Assembly: GCA_054600435.1 (NCBI GenBank)
Contig: BAAIJX010000009.1
Coordinates: 496,001 to 560,000 of the forward strand
DNA: 64,000 nt
Origin: Neophaeotheca triangularis
Lineage: Eukaryota
Direction: 5' to 3'
Under the pieces are notes generated by a model, which had not been told where the DNA came from, searched no databases, and worked only from the letters and a program-made list of their open reading frames with translations. The translations under genes and the position numbers were made by a program. Shown here piece after piece: positions 36,726 through 46,902 of this stretch. Numbering within the stretch: position 1 is the stretch's first letter; each line of letters begins with the position of its first letter.

Positions 36726-37559
36726 GCGTTTGCGTCTTTTGTGCTTGAAAGGGATGAGGGATGAGGGAATAGGGCGGTTTGTGAAGATGGCTGGCGTTTA
36801 TTAGGGTAGACGCGAGTGGGCACTCTACGGAGTGCGTGCGCTTAGCTAGACCGTATGCCCAAAGTCTTTGCAAAGCTCCGGTACAAGTTCGCGAAATCGT
36901 TCGTTTTTGATGTCTTGTACCTATTCGTTTGGAAGTGGATGAGGTATTGAAAGGACCACTTCAGACGGTCATGTGTTTCCCTTGCACGTATTCGGCCTCG
37001 ACTAAATCACAGCCGTACGTGGATGGTTATCTAAATCAAGCTATAACATCACAAGGCACTAAGATCAAGAACAGCGCATAACTGCCCATCAAGAACGCAA
37101 CGATCTCCGCAACGATCTCAGCAACACAGGCAGTCAACAATAACACTCCCGTTCCAATTCAATTCGCGTCGTGGAAGGGTATCTATCAATCAATCAATCC
37201 ATCACAAAACTCCCTCCGTCCACTCCTCCGCCCTACAATCGCGAAAACACATTGACGCCAGCAAACAAACGCAGTCAACAAAACCCTTATACTCCCATTC
37301 CAATCCAGTGTCCATTCGATTCGTCTCGTGGGTATCTCACAACTACCAAAGCCTCAAAACTCTCACTCCGTCACAGCCACTCGGTCCACTCGACTGCGTC
37401 CGCTCCCCGGGCCCAACCATCGCAAAACAGCCTTGAAAGCAAAGGGCGAGACAACAAACCTGCCTTGTCCCTCTTGTCCTGCTCCACTCTCTGGCCAGGA
37501 CCATGGTGACTGACGGTGCGAACAATGTATATGTATTTGACGCGCCTCGAGCGGCGGTC

Positions 37560-39257
37560 TCAGACTTCCGTTATTACTACATCGTCGTCTGCGATTCTGA
37601 CTTTCTTCGTGCTGTTCGCAGCGTTGGCGCCGTTGTCGGCGGCGCCGGCGGTATCGTGAGCGGGTCGCTTGTGGGCGGTGGGGGCGCCTATGGTGGCAGT
37701 GGCGGCGTTGTTGGAGTTGGCGTTGGCGTTGGCGTTGGCGTTGTCGTTGGCATCGTCGGAACCGGCCGAGTCGTCGTCGTCGTCGTCGTCGTCGTCGTCT
37801 TCTTCTTCTTCAAACTCGTTCATCGCCTCACCCTCGCCGTCCTCATCGCCCCACCCGTCATCATCCTCCTCTTCATCTTCATCCTCATCCTCATCGCCAG
37901 CATCTTCATCCTCATCGCCACCCTCGTCCTCGTCACTGTCCCCCTCCCCTTCCTCCTCACTGCCCCCCTCCCCTTCCCCCTCCTCCCCCTCACCCCCCTC
38001 CACGCCACCACCCCCCTCCACAACACCCCTATTCCTCCCTCTTCCACAAGTCCCCCCCACCCCTCCCCCAGCTCCGACCAACTCCCCATCCCCCCACCCG
38101 GCAACCTCCCTAGCATCAAACTCCCGCTTCCCAATCTGGACCCCCATGACCCCATTCGCCGTCACATCGCCCCTCTCGGCGTCCTTGAGAATCGCTCTCG
38201 CGCGGTTCCGCGCTTCGAGTTTGAGAGGGAAATTGGAAATGTCTGAGGGGTTGAGGTTTTTGGAAACGTGGAGGTCGCGGAGGCGGGAGAGGAAGTGGGA
38301 TTGCGGGGTTTGTTGCGTTTGGGGTTCGGGTGTGGGGTTGGATGGCGGTTGGGTATGGTTTGTGGTGGTGGTGGGCTGGGTGTTGTTTGTGGTAGGAGTA
38401 GGGTGGGTGGCTGTGGTGGTGGGTCGCAGATTAGGTAGGGGGTTGAAGGTCGGGGTGTTGGAGTTTGCGTTTGAATTTGCGTTTTCGGGTTCGGGTTCGT
38501 TAGTGTTAGTGTCTTGTGCGCCTGCAGCAGCTGATGGGGAGGGAGAAGCATCAGGGTCCGAAGTGGGCACTTCGATTGCGGTTCGTGTAGTGGTTTGGGC
38601 AGGGTCGGTCGTTTTTTTCGTGGCGGCAATAATTGTGGTAGGATGGGGGCGGGCGTACAAGGGCTTGGCCATCAGGCGTGCTTGCGAAGAACCGAGTACG
38701 TCTACGTGGTAGCCCGAGCGATAGGGGTTGGCGGCTGTTCCGGGTCGCGCTATGTAGATTTGACTGCCGAGGTCCGTGTGCCAGTAGCAGCTGTAGAGTG
38801 CGTCGTTGAATTGGACGAGTGGATTTGTGGTGTGCAAGTCGAGGATCCTTAGCTTTTGGTTGGAGTTGGTGGACCCGCCATTTCCTGTGTCCTTGCCCTG
38901 GTCGTCGGCTGCTTGGGCGGCGGCAGCATCCGCATCCGTGACGAAGTGGAAGGTCCCATCTTCCTCGATAATGTCTTCGTCCTCGTCGCCGATTGGGACT
39001 TGCGCATGGAAGGTGCTCCTGGTTGCCGCGTAATTCTCGCCCTTCTTGTCCGTGGCTTGAGTCCGGTGGAGTAGAGCATCTGGGACATGGGTGGTGAGGT
39101 CGAGGGTAAAGTACAATTCCTCGGTTTCTTCCTCATCGAGCTCGTACTCCCACTCGTCGTCTTGGATGAAGCGCTGAGATGGCAGCTTGAGATCCGCATC
39201 CTTGAGCTTCGGCGGTTGAATGACATGGTGTGGGTTGCCAGAATTGTTGCCTCCCAT
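37560..39257 (-). CDS. TFIIIC subunit-6 (triple-barrel) domain protein with long acidic tail
   Basis: EWEYE..ETEELYFTLDL and LRILDLHTTNPLVQFNDALYSCYWHTDLGS match the pattern I recall for fungal TFIIIC_sub6 proteins. First ATG 39257; the true start is uncertain. Confidence 0.7.
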   Translation of the reverse strand: MGGNNSGNPHHVIQPPKLKDADLKLPSQRFIQDDEWEYELDEEETEELYFTLDLTTHVPDALLHRTQATDKKGENYAATRSTFHAQVPIGDEDEDIIEEDGTFHFVTDADAAAAQAADDQGKDTGNGGSTNSNQKLRILDLHTTNPLVQFNDALYSCYWHTDLGSQIYIARPGTAANPYRSGYHVDVLGSSQARLMAKPLYARPHPTTIIAATKKTTDPAQTTTRTAIEVPTSDPDASPSPSAAAGAQDTNTNEPEPENANSNANSNTPTFNPLPNLRPTTTATHPTPTTNNTQPTTTTNHTQPPSNPTPEPQTQQTPQSHFLSRLRDLHVSKNLNPSDISNFPLKLEARNRARAILKDAERGDVTANGVMGVQIGKREFDAREVAGWGDGELVGAGGGVGGTCGRGRNRGVVEGGGGVEGGEGEEGEGEGGSEEEGEGDSDEDEGGDEDEDAGDEDEDEDEEEDDDGWGDEDGEGEAMNEFEEEEDDDDDDDDDDSAGSDDANDNANANANANSNNAATATIGAPTAHKRPAHDTAGAADNGANAANSTKKVRIADDDVVITEV

Positions 39258-40895
39258 TGGATCGACGCTTTGGAAGTTGCCCTTGAATGTAGCCTTCTGC
39301 GCCTGTCTGAGACGGCCACGTTGAGGCACTGATTGTGATGATTGTGAGTTTGTTGCCTAAAGCCGTCTGGAAGGGAGTTTTCGGTAGAAGGCTCGATCAA
39401 TCATTCATACTTGTTGCGGGTCCACTTATTGATGAGTTTTGCGGATGTTGTTTCGCGGTGTTTGCGCTCTCCTACGTTGAAGTAGACGAGGCACTTGTCG
39501 AAAAGAGGGATTGGTCGCGTACTACTCGGGCTCTTGGATGCTATCAACCTTGGTCTTGTGTGATTTTCTCAAAAATGAAGGTCAAAGATTACCTATACCT
39601 TACTAGTGAAGTCGAAGTGAGTTGGAAGTGAAGCGGCAGGTCTACCTGCACCTGGGCAGCCTATCGGCAGCAATCCGGTCCGGCAGTCTGGACGGGTGTC
39701 GGGTACTGCCGTACTACCGCTTGTGTGACGGGCACTTTCAGCCTTGCCCGACGATAAGACACGCCCCGATAACGATAACGTTACCACCTGCAGGCACTCC
39801 GATAACGTACCTCGGGCCCTCTCTCCACCCTAGTATTAGTCGTCCGTCCCCCACTCGAGGGTATGGATAACCCGATGGAATGGATTAATCATCCATGCCT
39901 CCAGGCTCCAGCATCCGTTCCGCATCGTCTTCTTATTATTATTGCCTACTGTAGGTACGCCATGCGCACTCTAAGCTGGCCTCAGCTACAGCGCTACTGC
40001 AGCAGTCGTAAGCAGCCCGAGGGCTAGGGCTGGCTGGTACTGGCATCCTCGCGTCCCTGATCCTCCGGCTAGGCAACTACATAGAGTACCTTGGTATATC
40101 TTCAACAACCTCTCGGCTCTTCACTTCCCCCGAAACTTCAAGGGTTCAATCTCACATCATCATCATCATCATCATCGTCATCATCTCAGAACACCAGCAG
40201 CATCCATTTTCCTGCCATCCTCCATCTTGGCCAACCAACCGCTTTTCCATCTGACCGCTTCGGAGCCGAGAAACAACCTCATCCAGACCGCCAAGTAATC
40301 GAGTACCAGTACAGTCGGAAACTCGGGTTTCGTCTTGAATCCCGTCTTGTTCTGGAATTACAAACATCGCCGGCGTCATCCGGAAGACGAGACTGTACCG
40401 ACTGCCCTAGGAGGTACCTCCTCTCCATCGTGTCATCTTCATTTCCATCTTTCTTCTTTCCTGTCAGCATTCCGTCGGCCTCTCACATCCCCGGCATCCG
40501 CGCATTCCTCCCGGATCAACTGACGCTGCCCCACTAGGGCAGTGACTACTACCCATCTCCTACTCCTACAGCGGTCAGGCACCGTTCGTTACCGTTGATA
40601 CGCCGATTGCTACTGTCATCACTCCCCATCGTTCCGCTACCTATTCCGCCCCCCCCCCCCCCCGTCTGCTTCTCTTTCGCACAAGCATCCTCCCTCAGCC
40701 TTATCCGGTTTTGCAGCATCTTGATACCCACCACTGCGCATTATTAGCGACTGCGAGCGATCGTTTACTTCGTTGATCACTTTCGACATCACTCAAACCA
40801 ACGACAATACCCACTTATGCGCCGATAGCATACAACGATCGCGCAGTCGACGAAAACGAACGCTCGTCAAAAACAGCAACCTCGCCGATCCTCCC

Positions 40896-42704
40896 ATGAA
40901 AAGACCCGGCCGAAAATGCTTCGGCGGCTTCTTGGCTCTGTCCATCTGCTACATTGCGCTAGGATGGGGAGGTGTCCAACTGAACAAAGCCACGCCGCCG
41001 GATCAGCTGTACGAGAACGAGGCATGGATCGCGAGTGGAGAGAATTGGCTGGACAGGCAAGCTTGCCGCTGGATCGGCGTTTGCGGTAGCGGTCACTTCC
41101 TCAAGAGCAAGGAATGGAAGTTTGGGACGATGAGTGAGAAGACAAGTACTGCAGGACGGGACAACTCCGACTTCTGGACTTCGGGAAGTGGAGATATTGA
41201 TAGCTGGAGCGAGGAGGAGAGAAGCCAACGAGAGATACCGCAGTATGTGCTGGATCACGCGCCTTATGTCCATCTTTTCTCCGGGGAAGACTTTTGGCCC
41301 TGCGACATTGCAGATCATATCAATCACACGTCGCCTCACGTCAATTACACCACAATCGAAGAAATGCAGGACGACCGCAATCTGACCAACCTTGGTGAAC
41401 TTAACGACGTCGAGAGAGGGGCGCATGGTAGATATCTATACCTCCAAAGCGACGACGACGTGGAAGAGCGGCCCGATTGGCTAGGTGGAGAAAGCAATAT
41501 TCCTGATGTGCCCAAAGGCGGTCTGAATGTCGCTTGGCCAGGTCTTGAGGATTTGAAGAATTTCGATCTGGAGTCTGCCAAGCAAAACGCCTTGAGTGAG
41601 CAACTCGACATTGACCCCAAAGACTTTCCTACCGCCTCGGCAAGAGCTCCACTCGTAGTCAGCGAAGACGGCACTTGCGGAGGCAACAGCGGCTTCACGT
41701 GCAAAGGTAGCAAATTCGGCAAATGCTGTTCCATCTACGGCTACTGTGGCTCAAAAGAAGATCACTGCGGTCCAGCCTGTGATCCATTGTCTGGGAAATG
41801 CAACAACCCATTCGACCCCCCACAGCCTCCCCACATGGACCTCCGCAAGCGCGATCACAGGCTACGGCAAGCCCGCAACAGCTCCGACCAAGCGCCAACA
41901 GCAGGCGGACACAGCAGCGCCCCGGCCATGCTGATCGTCGTTCCCAAAGAAGACGGCATAGTCGACGCCTTCTGGTTTTTCTTCTACTCCTACAACCTCG
42001 GCAACCAAGTCTTCAACGTGCGCTTCGGCAACCACGTCGGCGACTGGGAACACACCGTCATCCGCTTCCAGCACGGCAAGCCGCGCCTCGTCTTCCTCTC
42101 CGAACACAACTTCGGCGAAGCCTACACCTGGCACGCCATGGAAAAATACCTGCCCACGCCCTCCGGCGGAAATCTTCTCTCCAGCCGCGCCAACGCCACC
42201 GCCGCCCGCCTCGCCAAACGCCCCGTCGTCTACAGCGCCACTGGCACCCATGCCATGTACGGCACCCCAGGACTTCACCCCTACGTCCTCCCCTGGGGCC
42301 TTCTCCACGACCAAACCGACCGCGGCCCCCTCTGGGACCCTCTACTAAACTCCAAATCCTACCTCTACAACCCGAACACCCAGACCCTCCTCCCCTCAAC
42401 TCTCAACCCCAGCGCGCCCGTCTCGTGGTTCCACTACGCCGGCCACTGGGGCGACAAGTACTACCCGCTCTCCGATCCGCGGCAATACAGGTTCTGGGGG
42501 CAGTATCATTACGTCAATGGGCCTACAGGACCCAAAGGGAAGAATCTAGGCCGTGAGACGGTTTGTCAGGGCAACGGACGGTGCAGGATCAAGAACTGGC
42601 TCGGTGACAGCGGAGAACGAGGGGGCGTGGGGAGCTTGGTGCCGCCCGAGGAGGATTTGGAGGAGGGTGGGTTGCCCGGCGGGAATGTCACTGAGAGTGC
42701 GTGA
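40896..42704 (+). CDS. Vps62/Tda6-like membrane-anchored protein containing a hevein (CBM18) domain
   Basis: N-terminal hydrophobic anchor; IPQYVLDHAPYVHL..EDFWP, DAFWFFFYSYNLG, FGNHVGDWEH, YSATGTHAMY, GHWGD, GPTGP; internal eight-Cys hevein motif. Confidence 0.88.
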   Translation: MKRPGRKCFGGFLALSICYIALGWGGVQLNKATPPDQLYENEAWIASGENWLDRQACRWIGVCGSGHFLKSKEWKFGTMSEKTSTAGRDNSDFWTSGSGDIDSWSEEERSQREIPQYVLDHAPYVHLFSGEDFWPCDIADHINHTSPHVNYTTIEEMQDDRNLTNLGELNDVERGAHGRYLYLQSDDDVEERPDWLGGESNIPDVPKGGLNVAWPGLEDLKNFDLESAKQNALSEQLDIDPKDFPTASARAPLVVSEDGTCGGNSGFTCKGSKFGKCCSIYGYCGSKEDHCGPACDPLSGKCNNPFDPPQPPHMDLRKRDHRLRQARNSSDQAPTAGGHSSAPAMLIVVPKEDGIVDAFWFFFYSYNLGNQVFNVRFGNHVGDWEHTVIRFQHGKPRLVFLSEHNFGEAYTWHAMEKYLPTPSGGNLLSSRANATAARLAKRPVVYSATGTHAMYGTPGLHPYVLPWGLLHDQTDRGPLWDPLLNSKSYLYNPNTQTLLPSTLNPSAPVSWFHYAGHWGDKYYPLSDPRQYRFWGQYHYVNGPTGPKGKNLGRETVCQGNGRCRIKNWLGDSGERGGVGSLVPPEEDLEEGGLPGGNVTESA

Positions 42705-43286
42705 GCTGTGAGGGTGGTGCGGGTTTTTTTTTTTTTGCGGGTTTCCGCTTTTGCTGGGCTTGGTGTTCCGGATCGTGAGGGGTTTTTGATTTTATTTTTT
42801 GGGGGGCGGGTTTTGGTCTACGAGTCTTTTCACGATTTTATTGATGTTGATGGATTGTTATGGGTTGCGCTGAAATGGGAACTAGCACGGGAGACGCGAA
42901 CGAAACTGATACCCTTCGTTTTTTTGTTTTTTTGTTTTTTCTGCGGACAGCGGCATTGAGTTTGCATGGTTAGGCAGCACGATGTCTCTTTTGGTGGCTT
43001 TCGGTGGGCGTGCTGGTTAGACTACCTTAAGCTCTCAACAGACTTGATTTCCATTTCGGTTTACGTCCGCTTTTCCATCGTTGTTGGATGTAGCTGTTGC
43101 GAGTCGAATATTCCTAAAACTCTGATTCTTGGGAAACGAGAAGATCTCGCTTCTGGGGTGGTCGAAGTATCTTCTCGACATTTCCACGAGATTACTTCAG
43201 CTTCTGTGGACTGGCACCAGATATATATAGGGTAGGGTACGCAAAAGGAGACCTGTGGAGAAAGACCAAAAAACAAAAAAGGGGGG

Positions 43287-43509
43287 AAAAAAAAGGATCG
43301 CATGGCGATCGAACGTATGCAGGGGCTCTAAGGCGCTTTTTGTACACAATATCTCATCTCCAAGAGTTCTTCAGTCGGCACGGAAGCGACCGCACTCTCT
43401 TCCCTCCCTTCGATTAAATATGCGTAGCCAGCTAGGAATCGAACCCAGGGCGAAGAACTGTCGGCACGGAAGCGACCGCACACATTTCTCACCACTGAGC
43501 CACGACTCC
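43287..43509 (-). ncRNA. tRNA-derived Pol III-type element (SINE-like, pseudo-tRNA or ncRNA)
   Basis: Minus strand: GGAGTCG-TGGCTCAGTGG (A box), CTGGG-TTCGATT-CCTAG (B box/T-arm), T8 run about 135 nt further on; anticodon arm is non-canonical. Confidence 0.6.
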
Positions 43510-43771
43510 ATTTGCTGCGGTTTTGGTATATGTGAGATCGCTGTCAGCTGGTATATATCCTTTGCTTGTCTTTCACTTGTGAAGATGCTGCTGCGGTGCA
43601 GACTGGAGCCTGGCTACCTCACTTCACCCCGTCCTCACTTCACTCCATCTTTTACCTCGCTACCTGTAGCCTAAGTGAGGCCTCTCAGGCAGGTGGGACC
43701 GGAGAGTATTATTTCGCGCTTTCTCTCTTGCTCTCCTGAAACTTTACAACAACCTCCATCTGCCACTCAAC

Positions 43772-44415
43772 ATGGCGGATAACGATACAGCCACGGCCGC
43801 GGCCACCACCTCCACCAACACCAACAACGACCCCGACGATGACGGCAGCCTCAGCCACGTCCACAGCAACGGCAGCAGTGAGCCGCTCCCGCCCGCGCCC
43901 CCTCCATTTCGTCAAGTTCTGCACCCGGCCGGCCGTCAAAGCCAAGTCGCCCGCCAGCGCAAGTACGAGGAGGAAGTGAAGAGAATCGCTGTCGGCCACT
44001 CGCACAAGGTTAGTTTCATTCTTAAATCTCAGTTACTTTGACGACGTAATTCGAAGCTGAACATTGCTTCACTCAATAGTTCACCGCAGACGAACTTGCC
44101 GCGATGAGGAAAGAGGACCGCTTCCTGGTCACGTGGTGGCCCGAGGATTGGGAAGCCCAGCTTGCTCGTCGCGACTGGGTGTTCTTTCTCCCGGCCGTTG
44201 GTGCCTCCCACGCCCTCCGCCGCGCCCTTGCTGTCGCCGCAAGGTTCACCAGCGACCCCGAAGAGCTGAAGGAGATTTTGGAGAGGTCTTGGGCCGCGAA
44301 GGTCGCCGGAAAGCCGAAGAGGCAGCTGGACCCGCAGCATGTGAAGGTGGCGGTTTCGGCTTGGCAGAAGAAGGGGTGGGCGGAGATTTCTCGTGATGGC
44401 TTGAAGATGGAGTAG
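43772..44415 (+). CDS. Orphan-family protein copy A (190 aa, 2 exons)
   Basis: Intron 44009-44079; exon 2 is about 55% identical (manual count) to copy B with the same intron position and phase. Confidence 0.85.
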
Positions 44416-45746
44416 ATGGGATGGAGGGTGGCCCCCGGGCCGTAAATACTGAAGAATCCTTTGTGGCCGTGTGGCCCCGTACCTTTGACCACTCTATCAA
44501 TTCACCCGATCGTTCTTGTCTACGCAATACTTTCGCCGTCTAGCTAGTGCCGGGAGATGGCAGACAACTGGAAGAATCGCGGATATAATATCGGGGCGCC
44601 ATGGTTCGAGTGCGGTAGCATGCTCCCGGCTCCTCTCAGATGGTACACTGGCCTAGTTCACCAAGCTCGAAGGGCGCCAGGCTTACGGGTCACTCGCTTT
44701 CAGTTGGAAGTGGCGTCCTCAAATCCCCGGGAACAGCGCCGGGAGTCTACACACGATCATGGATGTGTGTTGAAATAGTAGTGTGTGAATTGAGTCCGGA
44801 ATGAGATTCTTCTCGCCCAGTTTTTGTCCGTTCGCTGAAGTCCATGCCCCAACGGAGATGCAAATGGACATTTTGACATATTGGCGCGGTCTCCAAGCAA
44901 TCTGATATAGAGGGCGCGATAACTAAGTTATGGTATCATTTTTGTCCCTTCATCCTAGGGCAACAAGTACAACTCTTGCCGGATATTGTGCAGATGTAGT
45001 GGGTGAAAAGGCGAGCAAATCCTTTCACAAGGAAATCCACGCAACGATGACTCGAGTGTACCTCTAAACAGCAGCCGATCTTTTATGATGGGTCAACGAG
45101 ATCAGCATTGCCTTTTCGCGGAGTTTGAGATGGCCATGGTCTTGAGGGAAAGAATTTATGTGCATCTAGACAATGTGTAGTTGAGACGAGACGTCAAGGA
45201 ACTGCCCAGGTGATGTATCGATGCTGAGTGGGGCCGCTCTCGGCTCGTCCGGCGGACGAATCAGACCGACATCCACTTTCAACCTCACCTCCTACTCTCA
45301 CTTTGCCGCCGCTCTACTGAGTACTGTAATTTACATTCTCCTCTCGTTCGTGCCCGGAGGACGCTGGTTTTCAATTTCCAAGTTTCACCTGCTCCCGGTG
45401 AAGTGATCCATGCTCTAGAATTGGCCCTAGAAATGCCATCTGACCTCACTAAACCATTCGACCTGGTAACTAGACAGTAGTGCCTTCGGACACTCGTCGC
45501 TTTGTGCCGGAGACTGCTTATAGCGTTGTCAACGCAAATGTCTTGCAACTCTCGGCAGCATCATCAGACCGAAAGCTCTTCGACACTAACGAAATTTCTA
45601 CGGTGTTTCCCTCAACCTAGCACTCGACTAGAGAAGAGGGTGCCCTCATATCTTTCTCAAACCCGCCGGAGACAGGTTTGCCCCCAAATGGAACAGTCAT
45701 TATAGTACAATGATATGTACACTTTTGCTCACATGAACTCTCATTG

Positions 45747-46089
45747 CTATATACAGTCTAGTAAGAAGAACGAGCCAGGCTCTTCGAGCTGCTCGAGGCA
45801 GCCTGAAGGCCATAACTTCACCAGCCACCGGGCCTCCTTTTTCATCTCCGGTCGTGGGGAGTATCTGGTTTTCATGACCCTCCATCACCCGTCTGACCTC
45901 CTCGATGCACTCGCGCTCCCTGGTGACCTGCGTCTGACAGCCAAGGGGGTGCAGGTCGTTGTGGAGTGGTGGGTATGGGCTGGTAGGGAGGCAGAGTGTG
46001 AGGGAGGTGGTGGGGGGTTGGCCATGGGGGTTATCGTTGTCGAGGTCTGGCCTGTTGTTGACCTTGGCGAGAGAAGAAGCTTCCGCCAT
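45747..46089 (-). pseudogene. Intron-less, frameshifted, truncated copy C of the orphan family
   Basis: LHPLGCQTQVTRERCIEEVRRVMEGHENQ matches exon 1 of copy A; after a frameshift MKKEARWLVKLWPSGCLEQLEEPGSFFL matches exon 2, then a premature TAG. Confidence 0.75.
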
Positions 46090-46423
46090 TGCAGTATACT
46101 GGTCTGCCAAGGCCAGTGGAAGTGCGGCGTCGCTGCGAAACAGAAGATAATGGATGGCAAGCAAGAGAAAGATCTTGTATGGCTGAGGTGCGCAACCTCA
46201 CCTCAAAAAGGTGCGTTCTTACCACATTTAAGGTGAAGAGGGGAAGAAGGACGTAAGCCATGGGCACTGGGTTGAAGCAAAGCCAGCGCTTCACTGGGCA
46301 TTCAAATTCCACGCAGGGATGTAAGGTGAGCAAAAACACGAAACGCTCAATCGACGCAGATTGAACAAACTCCTCCAAACCATATAGTCAACCCCCGGCC
46401 AATTCCTCCATCAAAAGTCTTGA

Positions 46424-46631
46424 ACACGAATGGCCCAATGGCTGGAGCGTCACACTGGCTTAAGTTCATGTGACGCAACACCACCACCAGAGATCATCTC
46501 TACCGGATTAGACGGGCGTTCGAATCCGACTCTTGTAAAGTCAAACGCTGGCCTCTAGAGATTACTCGAGGATTCTCTTACCGTTCAATCGGAGTTTGCT
46601 ACCTTCACTCGTAAGAGTGGAGTTCCTTTTT
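46424..46631 (+). ncRNA. Second tRNA-like Pol III-type element
   Basis: A box TGGCCCAATGG at 46431; 8-bp stem GCGTCACA/TGTGACGC; B-box-like GCGTTCGAATCC near 46516; T5 at about 46627. Confidence 0.45.
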
Positions 46632-46902
46632 GCTTCTTTATTCTTCTTAAAAGAACAGCTCGAATGGACATGGAGGCTTAAGCGCGAGCTTCCATCTGCG
46701 CTTACACTTTTGAACAAATAGTGGCACAATTGCAAAAGAATGTCCTGCTGGTGATTGCCCGAACTCGACGTCTGCCAAGACTTCACTTGAGCTCACTAGT
46801 ACAATTGTACTCAGTCCAGCTGAGTCAGACCTCCCAAGTGTTAACTCTCTGCCTTTCCTCTAACCCTGCGCTACTACAAACACCAACCGTCTGCCACTCA
46901 CC

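Noticed and set aside
43300..43375. Hammerhead core (CTGAAGA) or U6-like resemblance in the tail of element 1
   Set aside because: No GAAA core after a stem II and no intact ACAGAGA box; probably chance.
43374..43481. CRISPR-like repeat-spacer array
   Set aside because: Only two repeats, eukaryotic context and no cas genes.
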